DNA from: Malacoraja senta
Lineage: Eukaryota
Direction of reading: 5' to 3'
NCBI GenBank assembly: GCA_038087875.1
Contig: CM075992.1
Location: 12,650,001 to 12,714,000 of the forward strand
Length of the DNA: 64,000 nucleotides
Each line of letters begins with the position of its first letter. The stretch's first letter is position 1. The notes under the pieces are model-generated. The model was not told the DNA's origin, searched no databases, and worked only from the letters and a program-made list of their open reading frames with translations. A program made the translations under genes and the position numbers. Below are positions 39,871 through 53,485 of the stretch, one piece after another.

Positions 39871-40444
39871 TTTAATATATACGGCAGCATAAGAGATGCA
39901 TCTCTGTGGTACATAGCTGGCGTCCCAGCACTGAACCCTGTGGTTCCCCACTGCCTGCCACTCAGATAAATTACTGTTTATCATTTGTTTTCTGTGAGCC
40001 AACACATTCTCTCTCCAAATAAGCACCTTGCTCCCCAAACACATGTTTTAAATTTGTATGATAACCTCTTAGATGTGATGTTATCAATAGCTGTCTGAAC
40101 GTGGACCATATCCACTATTTCTCCCTCATTCTGCTGGTTACATCTTGTTATATCCTCAAAAAGATACAGTATGCTTGCCAAACATAGTTTTCTGTTTACT
40201 TTATCCAGTTCTGTCACTCTTCTCCAAGTGTTCCATTATTGTATTGTTTACAATTGAAAACACACACCACCAGACTCAGGAATAGCTACGTCCCCTTTGC
40301 TATCAGACCACTGAATGGTCCATAAGCTGCACCAATTCTCCAACCTAATTCATCATTGCGGACTTTGGACTTTTTCTCTGGAAAAGTTGCGCTACAACGC
40401 TAAGAATGTATATTTTCTTCAGTCTACCTGTGGCACTTGCATTT

Positions 40445-41200
40445 ATTGAATTGAATTGAATTGAATTTCCTTTATTGTCATTCAAACAAGTTTGAATGAA
40501 ATTTCGTACCACGCAGTTATGACAGAAAAAACACACAATGAACACAATTTAACACAAAAATCCATCACAGTGAATCTCCAGGCAGCTCCTCGCTGTGATG
40601 GAAGGCAAAAAGTCTTATCTCGTCCTTGCTTTTTCTCCCGCTGTGTCGAGGCGATCGAGGCTCTCGATGTTGAAGCCCCCACCGGGTGATGGTACATCCC
40701 GTGGCCGATTTCAAGCTCTGCGAACGGGCCGATTCAAACTCCGCGATTCGGGGCGGACGAAGCTGCTGTTGCGGGAGCTCTCGAAAATCGGTCACTAACC
40801 AGGGACCTGCGAGCTCCCGATGTTACTGTCCACAGGACTCGCGGCCGAAGCCTCCGAAGTCGGGTCGCAGCCACAGCGCCACCACAGCTTCCGAAGTCAG
40901 CCAGCTCCGCGATGGTGAGTCCACAGGCTCTGCCATAGGAGCCCCCAAGGTCGATTCCAGTTGGAGGCCGCCAGCTCCACGATATTAGGCCTCCGCGCAG
41001 ATGGAGACAAAGATACGACAAGGAAAAGGTCGCATCCCCGTTGAAGGAAGAGATTAAAAAAAAGTTTCCCCCACCCCCCACAACTAAAAATAGACTAAAA
41101 CATACATCTAACAAGACAAAAAGAAAACAAAAAAAAAGGAAAAACGGACGGACTGCAGGCGAGCCACAGCTGCTTGGGCAGCGCCGCCACTTCCGCCACT
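40445..41200 (-). mobile_element. GC-rich non-autonomous retroelement with (TTCAA)n tail
   Basis: (ttgaa)n at the left end, conserved hairpin at 40561-40602, CpG-rich body, A-rich tract, gcagcgccgccacttccgcc head. Confidence 0.65.
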
Positions 41201-41829
41201 TAGCTTGATTGTATTCATGTCTAGTATTATCTGATGAGAAACTATATTCTTTCCGCTCCTCCTGTGACACCTGTGTTTGGTTTGATTGTATTTGTGTATA
41301 ATATTATCTGTTTTGACTGGATAAAGTGCAGATAAAAACTTTTTGCTGTATCTCAGTACACATGCAAATAATAAACCTAAACCTAATGACTCTTGCACTG
41401 TGCTCACCAATGATGTCAGACAAACACGTCTCTGATTCTCTATTTTCTCATGACTGAGTTTTTTTAAATATAGGTGTTACAATTGCTACCTTCTGGTCAA
41501 TTGGAACTGTTCCTTAAATTTACACATTGCTCTTTTAAGGATCACTTCCTAAATTACTCCGGGATGCAGATACGGGGCCCAGGCAATTTATCAGTCTTCT
41601 ATCCCTACAATATCCCAAATTCCGCAATAGTACGGCTTTTATTTGGTTCCTTCCCTTTATGTGAACCCTGTATTCCTCAACATTTCTCGGAGATCATTAG
41701 TATCCTCCTTTGCAAAGACAGTACAAAATTCTATTATTAATTGGTTTGCTATTTTTACACAGGAATGAACAATTGTGGTAAATCATCCACATGCTCTTGA
41801 AATGTCTACCCACTAACAACTCTTTATGG

Positions 41830-44020
41830 CAGCAAACGAGACTCCAGAATGGTGTGTTGCCTCCCAGGTGCCAGGATCCTGGATGTCTCTAAGTGGCTGC
41901 AGAACATTCTCAAGGGGGAGGACAAGCAGCTGGAAGCAGTGAATGTCTTCCACAAATAACATGGGTAGGAAAAGGGATGAGGTCCTGTAGAATAGGGTCC
42001 CAACCTGAAATATCTCCTATCCATGTTCTCCAGAGACACTGCCTGTCTTGCTGAGTTACTCCAGCTCTTTGTCTCATTTTTCTGTAAATCAGCCTCTATA
42101 GTTTCTGGTTTCGACAAACCAGATGAACGTAGTTTAAATCTTAATTCGGTGCTTGGAGCTGTGATATTGTGGCCATTGCAGAAAATGTGGTTGTGAGAAG
42201 GACATGACTGCAGCCTAATGTTACAGGGTTTTGTTGTTTCAGATGTGAGAAAACATGCTGTGGGGTAGAGCTCTAAACTAAGAAAGATACAAGCAATCCA
42301 ATGGGATTGTACTATAGGTCCCTCAATAGCCAGCAGGACATAGTAGAACAAATATGAAGACGGAAAGATGCCAAACTCACAGGGTTATCTCAGTAGATTA
42401 CTTTAACTTCCCCATATGGATTGGGACTTACTGAGTACCAATAGTTTAGACAGGGCAGAATTTGTGAGCTAGATCCACAATGGTTTCTTGAAACAGTACA
42501 TGGATAGTCCAGCCCGAGAAGGGAACATACTTATCCATTATTTGGCGATCGCTTCGCCGAACACTTCCGCTCGGTTCACAATAACCAACCTGTTCTCCCG
42601 GTGGCTCAGCCCTTCAAATCCCCCTCCCATTCCGAATCCGACCTTTCTGTCCTGGGCCTCCTCCATGGCCAGAGTGAGGACCACCATAAATTGGAGGAGC
42701 AGCACCTCATATTTCGCTCGGGCAGTTTGCACCCCAGCGGTATGAACATTGACTTCTCTAATTTCAGGTAGTCCTTACTTTCTCCTCCCCTTCTCAGCTC
42801 TCCCTCAGCCCTCTGGCTCCACCTCTTCCTTTCTTCCCCCCCCCCCTTCCACCCTCACATCAGTCTGAAGAAGGGTTTTGACCCGAAACGTTGCCTATTT
42901 CCTTCGCTCCATAGATGCTGCCTTACCCGCTGAGTTTCTCTAGAATTTTTGTCCACTTTCGATTTTCCAGCATCTGCAGTTCGTTCTTAAACATACTTAT
43001 CCATGTGTTGGGAAACGAATCAGGCCAGGTGACTGGTGTTACGGTGGAAGAGCATTTTGGGGATAGTGATCATGACTCCGTATGTTTTAGTTTGTTTCGT
43101 ATAGGGATAAATTTGGACTTTGCTGTAAGGTACTAAATTGGATTTGCACATTATGTTGTTATTAGACGGAAGCTCAGGAGGGAATAATGGAAGCAGTTGT
43201 TAGTAAGTCCACATTGATATGTGGCAGTCATTTAAAGGCCATTTGATTAAAGTTCAGGACCGGCATGTTCCAGTAAGCAGGAGGGATAAGGATTGCAAAG
43301 TAAGAGAACTTCGTATGATTGAAGAGGTTGTAAATTGGGTCAAAAGGAAAGAACAACTGTATGCAAGTTTAAGATGGAATTAAAGGAATTATTTAAAGGA
43401 ATGTAAATCAAGGAGCAAAGAACTCAAGCAGGCAATTAGAAGGGCCAAAAGGGGCCACAAATTGATTTTGGCAAATCAGATTAAAGTAAACCCTACATTA
43501 TGTACATACATTTAAAAAACAAGGGTCAGCAGGGATTAGGTTGGACCACTCAAGGATAAGGGAGGGAACTTGTACTTGGTCACGGGTCAGGTAAATAAAC
43601 AAGTATATTGCATCTCTTTACACCAAAGACATCGATGATCAGTGTGGAGAATACTAATATGCAAGAGCAGTTTGTGATTATGAAAGAGGAGGTGTTGGGA
43701 CTCTTAAAGACCATTAAGGTGCATGAATACCCAGGGTCTGATAGGATTTATCCCAGGTTATTGAAAGCAACAAGAGGGCAGGAGCCTTGACAAAGATCTT
43801 TGCATCTTCTCTAAGCACAGACCACATCCCAGAAGACTGAAGGGTCACTAATGTTGTTCCTTTGTGTAAGAAGGGAAGTAGAGAGAATCCAGGGAATTGT
43901 AGCTCAATAAGCCTCACATCAGCGAGGAAGATATTGGAGAGATTTTTTCAGTATCAGATTTACACCCATTTGGAAAAGAATGGGTAAGTTAGAGACAGTC
44001 AGCGTGGCTTTGTTCATGCT
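41830..44020 (+). mobile_element. Old, heavily decayed CR1 (ORF1 esterase remnant, APE, start of RT)
   Basis: gactccagaatggtgtgttgcctcccaggtgccagg (ORF1), EHFGDSDH, PGSDRIYPRLL. Confidence 0.7.
42539..42989 (+). mobile_element. 5'-truncated PLE insertion with 15-bp TSD
   Basis: AACATACTTATCCAT at 42524-42538 and 42990-43004; GIY-YIG tail and hammerhead-like core at 42865. Confidence 0.9.
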
Positions 44021-45104
44021 AGATGCACCACCTGTTGTACCTATGTATGGTATGATTTGACTGGATAACCCATGATACACCGATTTTCAACGTATATCAG
44101 CCCATGTGATATAGTTTATTAGTGGTACAGTGGCACGACTGACAGAGCTGCTGACTCACAGCGCCAGGAACCTGAGTTTGATCCTGGCCTCGGGCACTGT
44201 CTGCTGGTTGCTGACCATTTTAACTCCCCTTCCCATTTCCATACTGACCTGTCCTGGGCCTCCTCCATTGCCAGAGTGAGGCCATGCGCAAACTGGAGGA
44301 ACAGCATCTCGTATACGCCTTTAACTTACAATTCATGGCATTAACATTGAGTTCTCCAACATGAGGTAACTCCCCCCCCCCCTTTTATTCCCCGTCTCTT
44401 CCCTGTGGCCAAGCCGGATTCTCACCTATTTCTGCACCTCCGTCCCCTTCCATCTATATACCTTTCTATGGATTTATCATTCAACCTATTCTATCCTAAT
44501 CTCACATTGTTTGCCTTTTCATGCCTGGCCTTTGTCCAATCATCTGTCAATCAGCCCCCTCCCCACTTGTATCTACATATCACTTGCCAGGCTTTGTCCT
44601 GCCCCAAATTCTCTTCCAGATTTCTCCCCCCCCCCCACACGACAACCCGAAATGTCACCTGTACCTGTTCTCCAGTGATGCTGCCTGGTCTGCTGAGTTA
44701 CTCCAGCACTTTGAGTCTTTTTCTATAAGCCAGCATCTGCAGTTCCTGAATGGCGGATGGTACGGATGGTTCAACATGTATCCATGACGCCAAGATGGGG
44801 AAAGCTGAGGCAAGGTCAGGGTACCTCACTCTGCCTCAAGTTTCCCAGTCTCCCCACCTTCAATCACCAGATGTCTCTAACCCTATCAAGGGAAGACTGC
44901 TCATTCCAGAATCGCATTGCCTCAAGAGCCAGTGTATCAGCGATTGAAGATTGGACAAAGCTAACCGCCCTTACTTTCAGATCACACCAAAGCCTTCGGT
45001 TGTGAAAAGTCCAAGAAAATTGTTCTATTTCTCTTGTGATGAATATTTGAATGAGAGTGAAACATGAGGTGGTCCAGAAGGCACGAGAGATCGCAGATGC
45101 TGGG

Positions 45105-45419
45105 ATCTGGCACAACAAAGGAGAGTTGTCAGTGGGTCAGGCAGCATCTCTGGTGGAAAATGGACAGGTTCTGACCTTCATGTGGGCAGAAAGAATATAA
45201 GGGAGATAGCCACTGCAAAGAGTGGGGGAGGGCTTGGGGCAAGTGTGGCAAGTGATAGGTGGATACAGATGAGGAAGGGTTAATTAGCAGATGGAGTAAG
45301 GTGGGGTAGCGAAGGGTGGAGATAGACAGGGACCGGGAGGTGATGTGGAAACAAGTAAAGGCTGTGGATTCTGGAATTTGATCGGAAAGCAAGGTGAAGT
45401 GTGAATCAATATGGGAAGA
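45105..45419 (+). repeat. ~315-bp segment duplicated in direct orientation at 54749-55065
   Basis: Near-identical sequence, with only scattered substitutions and a 2-bp indel by eye. Confidence 0.95.
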
Positions 45420-45913
45420 GTAGTGGGGGATGGGAACAACGGAGGCGGGAGGGGGTCCACTGGGAGGGATGTGTGGTGATGGCCAGGTGGGGTAGGTGGG
45501 GGGAGGAGTGAGGGGTATTGTGTGAAGCAGGGGTAGGCAAGACTCCTTCTAATGACATAACACACTTCACAAAAAACAGAAAGAATCTAAGTTTGCTGAT
45601 GTAGATGTGGGAGTAACAGAGGAGCAGAGAGGCAGCGGCTTTGTCCGTTTAGGCCTGGGCTGAGGAAAGGTCCCTTTGTTCAGAAGGTTGTGAGTCTTCC
45701 TGTTCCTCACTGTGGAGCCACAGTTGTTGAGGACACACCAGGCTGACATTGTGAATGTTGATTGAATCAAGGGATGGTGGAGATGGAGGGACAGGTCACG
45801 ATAGGACCAGGAATGATCAGCTGTGGAGTGTGAGGGCTGGCATGGGCAACAGACCACTCATCCCTTCTTGGTTTTTATTAAAGCATGGATCTTTTTTCTT
45901 CTCCTCCATCCAG

Positions 45914-46066
45914 ATGAGGATGAATGTAATGGAACTTCTGCACAAAAACTGTGTGGCTCCAACACTGATTGTCACAACACAGAGGGAAGCTACTACTGTA
46001 CCTGTAAGGCAGGATATTTCCACCCGAGCAAACAACGTAACTTCACAGACAGCAGACGCTGCGAAG
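45914..46066 (+). CDS. Putative coding exon 3: calcium-binding EGF-like domain of the ADGRE-like gene
   Basis: Polypyrimidine tract plus cAG acceptor; 153 nt, phase 1-1; AG|GTGGGT donor. (D)[50 protein letters not shown] has six Cys, D-x-D-E-C and the C-x-N-x-x-G-S-Y-x-C hydroxylation motif. Confidence 0.92.
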
Positions 46067-46206
46067 GTGGGTGCTGACATTCATATTTTTGTGTTTAATA
46101 CTTTACAGTTTTGCCTCACTGGGGAGCTTGTGCTTTGAACTTGACATGAATGGGAAGAGGCAAGGCCATAGCAGCTGGTTTCAAGTACATAGAGGAGTAT
46201 TGGAAA

Positions 46207-48730
46207 ATCAATAGACAATACGTGCAGGAATAGGACATTCGGCCCTTTGAGCCAGCACCGCCATTTAATGTGATCATGGCTGATCATCCTCTATCAGTAC
46301 CCCGTTCCTGGCTTCTCCTCATATCCCCTGAATATGCTATCTTTAAGAGCCCTATCTAGACTTCTCTAGAAAGTATCCACAGAACGGGCCTCCAACTCTG
46401 AGGCAGAGTATTCCACAGACTCACAACTGTCAGAAAAAGTGTTTCCTCATTTCCGTTCTAAATGGCTTACCCCTTATTCTGATACTCTGGCCCCTGGTTC
46501 TGGACTCCCCCAACATGGGGAACATGTTTCCTGCCTCTAGCGTGTCCAAACCCTTAATAATCTTATATGTTTCAATAAGATTCCCTCTCATCCTTCTAAA
46601 CTCCAGAGTATACAAGCCCAGCCACTCCATTCTCTCAGCATATCACAGTCCCGCCATCCCAGGAATTAACCTTGTAAACCTACACTGCACTCCCTCAATA
46701 GCAAGAATGTCCTTCCTCAAATTAATGGATCAAAACTGCATACAATACTCCAGGTGTGGTCTCACTAGGGCCCTATACAACTGCAGAACGACCTATTTGC
46801 TCCTATACTCAACTACTCTTGTTATAAAGGCCAACATGCCATTTGCTTTCTTCACTGCCTGCTGTACTTGCATGCTTACTTTCATTGACATGAACAAGGA
46901 CCCACAGATCCTGTTGTACTTCCCCTTTTCCCAACTTGACACCATTTAAATAGTAATCTGCCTTCCTGTTTTTGCTACCAAAGTGGATAACCTCACATTT
47001 ATCCACATAAACCTGCATCTGCCATGCATCTGCCCACTCACTCAAACTGTCCAAGTCACCCTGCATTCTCGTAGCATCCTCCTCACAGTTCACACTGCCA
47101 CCCAGCTTTATGTCAACTGCAAATTTGCTAATGTTACATTGAATCCCTTCATCTAAATCATTGATATATATTGTAAATAGCTGCAGTCCCAGCACCGAGC
47201 CTTGCGGCACCCCACTAGTCATTGCCTGCCATTCTGAAATGGACCCGTTAATCCATACTCTTTGTTTCCTGTCTGCCAAACAATTTTCTATCCATGTCAG
47301 TACTCTACCCCCAATACCATGTGCTCTATTTTTGCCCACTAATCTCCTATGTAGGACCTTATCAAATGCTTTCTGAAAGTACAGGTACACTACATCCACT
47401 GGCTCTCCCTTGTCCATTTTCCTGGTTACATCCTCAAAAAATTCTAGATGATTAGTCAAGCATGATTTCCCCTTCATAAATCCATGCTGACTCAGACCGA
47501 TCCTGTTACTGCTATCCAAATGTGCCGCTATTTCAACTTTTTATAATTGACTCCAGCATCTTCCCCAACACCGATGTCAGGCTAACTGGTCTATAATTCC
47601 CTGTTTTCTCTCTCCCACCTTTCTTAAGAAGTGGGATAGCATTATCTACCATCATATCCACAGGAACTAGTCCTGAATGTATAAAACTCTGGGAAATTAT
47701 CACCAATGCATCCACGATTTCAAGAGCCTCTCCCTTAAGTATGTTGGGATGCAGACCAGTAGGCCACTGGGGATTTATCAGCCTTCAGTCCCATCAGTCT
47801 ACCCAACACCATTTCCTGCCTAATGTGGATTTCCTTCAGTTCCTCTGTCACCCCAGATCCTCTGGCCACTAGTATATCAGGAAGATTGTTTGTGTCCTCC
47901 TTACTGAAGACGGATCCAAAGTACCTGTTCAACTCATCTGCCATTTACTTGTTCCCCATAATAAATTCACCTTGTTCAGTCTTCAAGGGTCCAACTTTGG
48001 TCTTAACTAATTTTTTCCTCTTTACAGACCTAAAGAAGCTTTTACTATCCTCCTTTATATTCTTGGCTAGCTTACCTTCGTACCTCATCTTTTCTCCCCT
48101 TATTAGTTCTCTTCTGTTGCTCTTTTGACTTTACCCAATCCTCTTGCTTCCCGGTCATCTATCCTATGTTGTACATCTTCTCTTTTATTTTTATACTGTC
48201 ACTGACTTCCCTTGTCAGCCACGGTCTCCCCTTACTCCCCTTGGAATCTCTCTTCCTCTTTGGAATGAACTGATCCTGCACCTTCTGTATTATTCCCAGA
48301 AATACCTGCCATTGTTGTTCCACTGTCAACCCTTCGAGGGTATTTTTCCAATCAATTTGGCCAGCTTCTCCCTCATGGCTCCATAGCCCCCTTTATTCAA
48401 CTGTAACATCGACACCTCCGATTTACCCTTCTCCATCTCCAATTGTAGATTAACTTGACCATATTATGGTCACTACCTAATGGCTCCTTAACCTCAAGTT
48501 CCCTGATCAAATCAGGTTCATTACACAACACTAAATCCAGAATTGCCTTCTCCCTGGTAGGCTCCAATACAAGCTGCTCTAAGAATCCATCACGGCGGCA
48601 CTCCACAAACTCCCTTTCTTGGGGTCCAGTACCAACCTGATTTTCCCATCCTACTTGCATGTTGAAATCTCCCATAACAACGGTAGCATTACCTTTACAA
48701 CATGCCAATTTTAACTCCTAATCCAACTTG
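46207..48730 (-). mobile_element. CR1 LINE, 5'-truncated (partial APE plus RT), subfamily A
   Basis: ORFs 48397-48708 (MGDFN, ILDLVL, SDHN) and 46809-47519 (RT); (caataga) tail at ~46209. Confidence 0.95.
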
Positions 48731-50184
48731 TAATCTCCCTCTACAGTGCTGCCGTATATCAATTCCATTCCCCCACCTTTTACCTACGAGATGATTCCAA
48801 TTCAAAAGCTTAGATGACTCGGTTTTTCCTTACATTCTTTCAGATATTTGAGCCGTCTACCAGTGTGAAATTAATAAGCTTCCCTCCGTCCACCTTGTTT
48901 GATCAGCATGAATGTTTCTGACATTTTATGGCCTTTGAAAGTCTGTTGACTCTAGCTTTCATAACATTGCTTTTACCCAACTGTGCCATAGAAACATAGA
49001 AACATAGAAAATAGGTAGGGAGCTGAGGCATTCGGCCCTTCAAGCCAGCAACGACATTCATTGTGATCATGGCTGATCGTCCCCATCAATAACCCATGCC
49101 TGCTCTTCCCCCATATCTCTTGATTCCACTAGCCACTAGAGCTCTATCTAACTCTCTCTTAAATCCATCCAGTGACTTGGCCTCCACTGCCCTCTGTGGC
49201 AGGGAATTCCACAAATTCACAACTCTCTGGGTGAAAAGTTTTTTTTTTTCTCAACTCAGTACTAAATTCTTCACCGTATTCTAAGACTATGGCCCCTGGT
49301 TCTGGACTCGCCCAACATTGGGAACAGTTTTCCTGCATCTAGCTTGTCCAGTCCTTTTATAATTTTTATATGTTTCTATAAGATCCCCCCTCATCCTTCT
49401 AAACTCCAGTGAATACAAGCCTCGTCTTTTCAATCTTTCCTCATATGACAGTCCCGCCATCCCAGGGATTAATCTCTTGAACCTACACTGCAATGCCTCA
49501 ATCACAAGGATGTCCTTCCTCAAATTAGGAGACCAAAACTGTACAAAATACACCAGATGTGGTCTCACCAGAGCACTATACAACTGCAGAAGAACCTCTT
49601 TACTCCTATACTGAAATCCTCTTGTTATGAAGGCCAACATTCCATTAGCTTTCTTCACTGCCTGCTGTACCTGTAAGCCAACTTTCAGTGACTGGTGTAC
49701 AAGGATGCCCAAGTCTCGCTGCACCTCCCCCTTACCTAACCTAACACCATTGAGATAATAATCTGCCCCCTTGTTTTTGCCACCAAAGTGGATAACCTCA
49801 CATTTATCTATATTATACTGCATCTGCCACGCATCTGCCCACTCACTCAGCCTGTCCAGGTCACCCTGCAACCTCCAAACATCATCTTCACAGTTCAGAC
49901 TACCACCCAGCTTTGTGTCATCCGCAAACTTGGTAGTGTTGCTCCTAATTCCCTTTTCCAAATCATTAATATACTGTATATGGTAAACAGTTGTGGCCTC
50001 AACACCGAGCCTTGCGGCACTCCACTCGCCACTGCCTGCCATTCTGAAAAGGACCCGTTCACTCCTACTCTTTTCTTCCGGTCTGCCAACCAATTTTCTA
50101 TCCATGTCAACACCCTACCCCCAATACCATGTGCTCTAATTTTAGTCACCAGTCTCCCGTGCGGGACCTAATCAAAGGCTTTCT

Positions 50185-50729
50185 TTTTATTTTTTTATTT
50201 TCTTACTAACATTTTTATTAGAAGCAGTGTACAGTAGTATAAACCGCGGCATATGACAAAATACATTTATTGTACATCTTCCATTTTTAATTAATAAGGA
50301 AGAAATAGAAAAAGAGAGAAAGAGCAAGAGAGAGAGAAAGTGAAATAAATAGTGAATGTGTAAACCCCTAAACTACCAAATAGTGTAGTCAAAGAGTAAA
50401 TAAGTACAAACCTAAAAGAGAATAAGAAGACAAAAACATAAAATAATATATATTTTTTTTAAAAGGGACCATAACGTGTTGATATACTTGCTTCATTTCT
50501 CACCACACCCATCACCCTGTCCGTGAATCGGTTTAATTCCAAAATTGTGTTGCACCATACTATACTTGTAATGAATCAATGAAAGGAGACCATATCTTCA
50601 AAAATTGCTGATTTTCCTGCTAAGATGAGTTTCATTTCATCAAGATGTAGCGTCTCAGACATGCTTATAATCCACATTTTAAGATTTGAGGTAGAAGCAT
50701 TTTTTCAAAATTTAAGTATGTTTTTTTTT
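50185..50729 (-). mobile_element. L1 3' fragment inserted in the CR1 RT
   Basis: 13-bp TSD TCAAAGGCTTTCT at 50172-50184 and 50730-50742; same subfamily as the 3' end at 22560-23080. Confidence 0.9.
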
Positions 50730-52537
50730 TCAAAGGCTTTCTGAAAGTCTAGATACACTACATCCACTGGCACCCCTTCATCCATTTTACTTGTCACATC
50801 CTCAAGAAATTCCAGAAGATTAGTCAAGCATGATTTCCCTTTCATAAATCCATGTTGACTTGGACTAATCCTTTTACTGCTATCCAAATGCCCCATTATT
50901 ACCTCTTTAATAATTGACTCCAGCATCTTTCCCACCACCGATATCAGGCTAACTCGTCTGTAATTCCCTGTTTTCTCTCACTCCTTTCTTGAAAAGCCAA
51001 ATTAACATTAGCTATCCTCCAATCCACAGGAACTGATCCTGAATCTATTGAACATTGGAAAATGATCACCGATGCGTTCACTATTTATTGAGCCATGTCC
51101 CTGAGGAACCTTTCAGTCCCTCTCCCCCTTAGATCCTCTGTCCTCCAGTACATCTGGGAGATTGTTTGTGTCTTCCTTAGTGAAGACAGATCCGAAGTAC
51201 CTGTTCAACTCTTCTGCCATTTCCTATTACCCATAATAATTTCACCCATGTCTGCCTTCAAGGGACCCACATTTGACATTGCTACCCTTTTTCCCTTAAC
51301 ATATCTAAAGAAGCTCTTACTGTCCTCCTTTCTATTCCTGGCCAGCTTCCCCTCGTACTTCATCTTTCAGCCCGTATTGCCCGTTTTGTTTCCTTTTGTT
51401 GTCCTATGAAAGTTTCCCAATCCTCTGGCTTCCGGCTACTCTTTGCTGTGTTATTCATCTTTTCTTTTCGTTTTATTCTATCCCTAACTTCGCTTGTCAG
51501 CCACGGTTGCCTCCTACTCCCCTTAGATTCTTTCTTCCTTTTTGGAATGAAATGATCCTGCGTCTTCCGTATTATGCCCAGAAATCCCTGCCATTGCTGT
51601 TCCACCATCATTCCTGCTAGGATCCCTTTCCAGTCTACCTTGGCCAGCTCCCCTCTCATGCCTTCATAGTCCCCTTTGTTCAACTGCATCACTGACACTT
51701 CCGATTTAACATTCTCCTTCCCAAATTGCAGATTAAAACTAATCATATTATGATCACTATCTCCAAGCTGTTCCTTTACCTCGAGTTCTCTTATCAAATC
51801 TGGTTCATTGGACAACACTAAATCCAGAATTGCCTTTTCTCTGTTCGGCTGCATTACAAGCTGTTCCAAGAATCCATCTCGGAGGCATTCTACAAACTCT
51901 CTTTCTTGGGGTCCTAAACCAACCTGATTTTCCCAGTCTACCTGCATATTGAAATCCCCCATCACCACAGTGGCATTACCTTTGTTACATGCCAGTTTTA
52001 ACTCCTGCTGCAACTTACACCCTACATCCGGGCTACTATTTGGGGGTCTGTAGATAACACCAATTAGTGTCTTCTTGTCTTTACAATTCCTCAACTCAAT
52101 TCACAGTGACTCTACCTCGTCAGTCCCTATGTCTTCCCTCGCAAGGGACTGAATTCCATCCCTCACCAGCAGAGCTACCCCCCTCCTCTGCCCACCTGCC
52201 TGTCCTTTCTATAGGATGTATAACCCTGAATATTAAGTTCCCAGGCCCGATCCTCCTGCAGCCACGTCTCAGTAATCCCCACAATGTCATATCTACCAAC
52301 CTCTAACTGAGCCTCAAGCTCATCTACCTTACTTATACTTCGCGCATTCAAATACAATGCTTTAAAATTCCTTAAGCATCTTACCTTTCACATCAATCCC
52401 TATTACAATTGGCCATACTCTCCTATCCCTTTGTGAGCTTTCTTTCCCATTAATTCTCGGGTCATTAACTACCCCTTTACTCTCTTTCCCTTTAACTCCG
52501 TCCTTGACTATCCTATTTAGCACCCCACCCCCCTTAT

Positions 52538-53485
52538 TCAGTTTAAAACCACCCATGTAGTAGGGGCAAACTTGCCTGCCAGAATGCAGGTCCCCCACCT
52601 GTTAAGGTGAACTCCGTCCCTTTTGTACAGTTCCCCCTTACTCCAAAACAGATCCCAGTGATCTAAGTATCCAATTCCCTGTCCCTTGCACCAGTTCCTC
52701 AGCGACACATTCAGGTCCTGTATCTCCCTGTTCCTGCTCTCGCCAGCACAAGTAACTGGAAGCAACCCGCAGATAACCACCCTGGAGGTCCTGCTTTTCA
52801 GCATTTTTCTGAGCTCTCTGAAGTCACGCTGCAGAATATTCATCCCCATCTTTCAGACATCGTTTGTGCCGACATGCACTACCACTTCCGGCTGTTCACC
52901 TTCGCCATTGAGGATTTTATGCACTCTGTCCGTGACATCCTGGATCCTGGCATCAGGGAGGCAGCACACCATCCTCGAATCCCATCTGTTGCCGCAGAAA
53001 TGCCTGTCCGTACCTCTCACAATGGAGTCTCCAACTACCACTGCGTTGCCTGACGTTGGCCTCTTTGGTTTTGGCTCAACTGCACCTTTTGCTTCGCAAG
53101 GCAGTCCGCCGCTCAGTGTGTTAACATCTTCTGTCCCGACAGCTTCTAAGTGGGTGAACCTGTTCTCAAGAGGTACAACACCCGGGGACCTTTGCATTCC
53201 ATGTTTCCCTCCCTTTCTCACCATCACCCACCTTCTCTCTTCCAGTACCTTAGGTGTAACAATCTTACTGTAGGACTTGTCGAGGAATGACTCAGTTTCT
53301 CAGATGAACCTGAGGTCATCCACTTGCTTCTCCAGTTCCCCAACACGGTCCTTCAGGAGCTGCACCTGGATGCACTTCTCACATTTGTAGCAGCCAGAGG
53401 CACCAGCAGTGTCCTTGACCTCCCACATCCTGCGATCATCACACTGGATCAGTTTGCTTGACATTTCCTTCTTTCGTCTCTCCAT
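52538..53485 (-). pseudogene. CR1 ORF1: Cys-rich/leucine-zipper N-terminus plus SGNH esterase domain, with in-frame stops
   Basis: CYKCEKC..LKDRVGELEKQVDDL; VVVGDSIVRG, VVVHVGTND, DGVHLN. Confidence 0.88.

Noticed and set aside
48844..48920. Possible further exon after the acceptor-like ttctttcAG
   Set aside because: Phase-1 reading hits TGA at once; no EGF cysteine pattern or clear donor.
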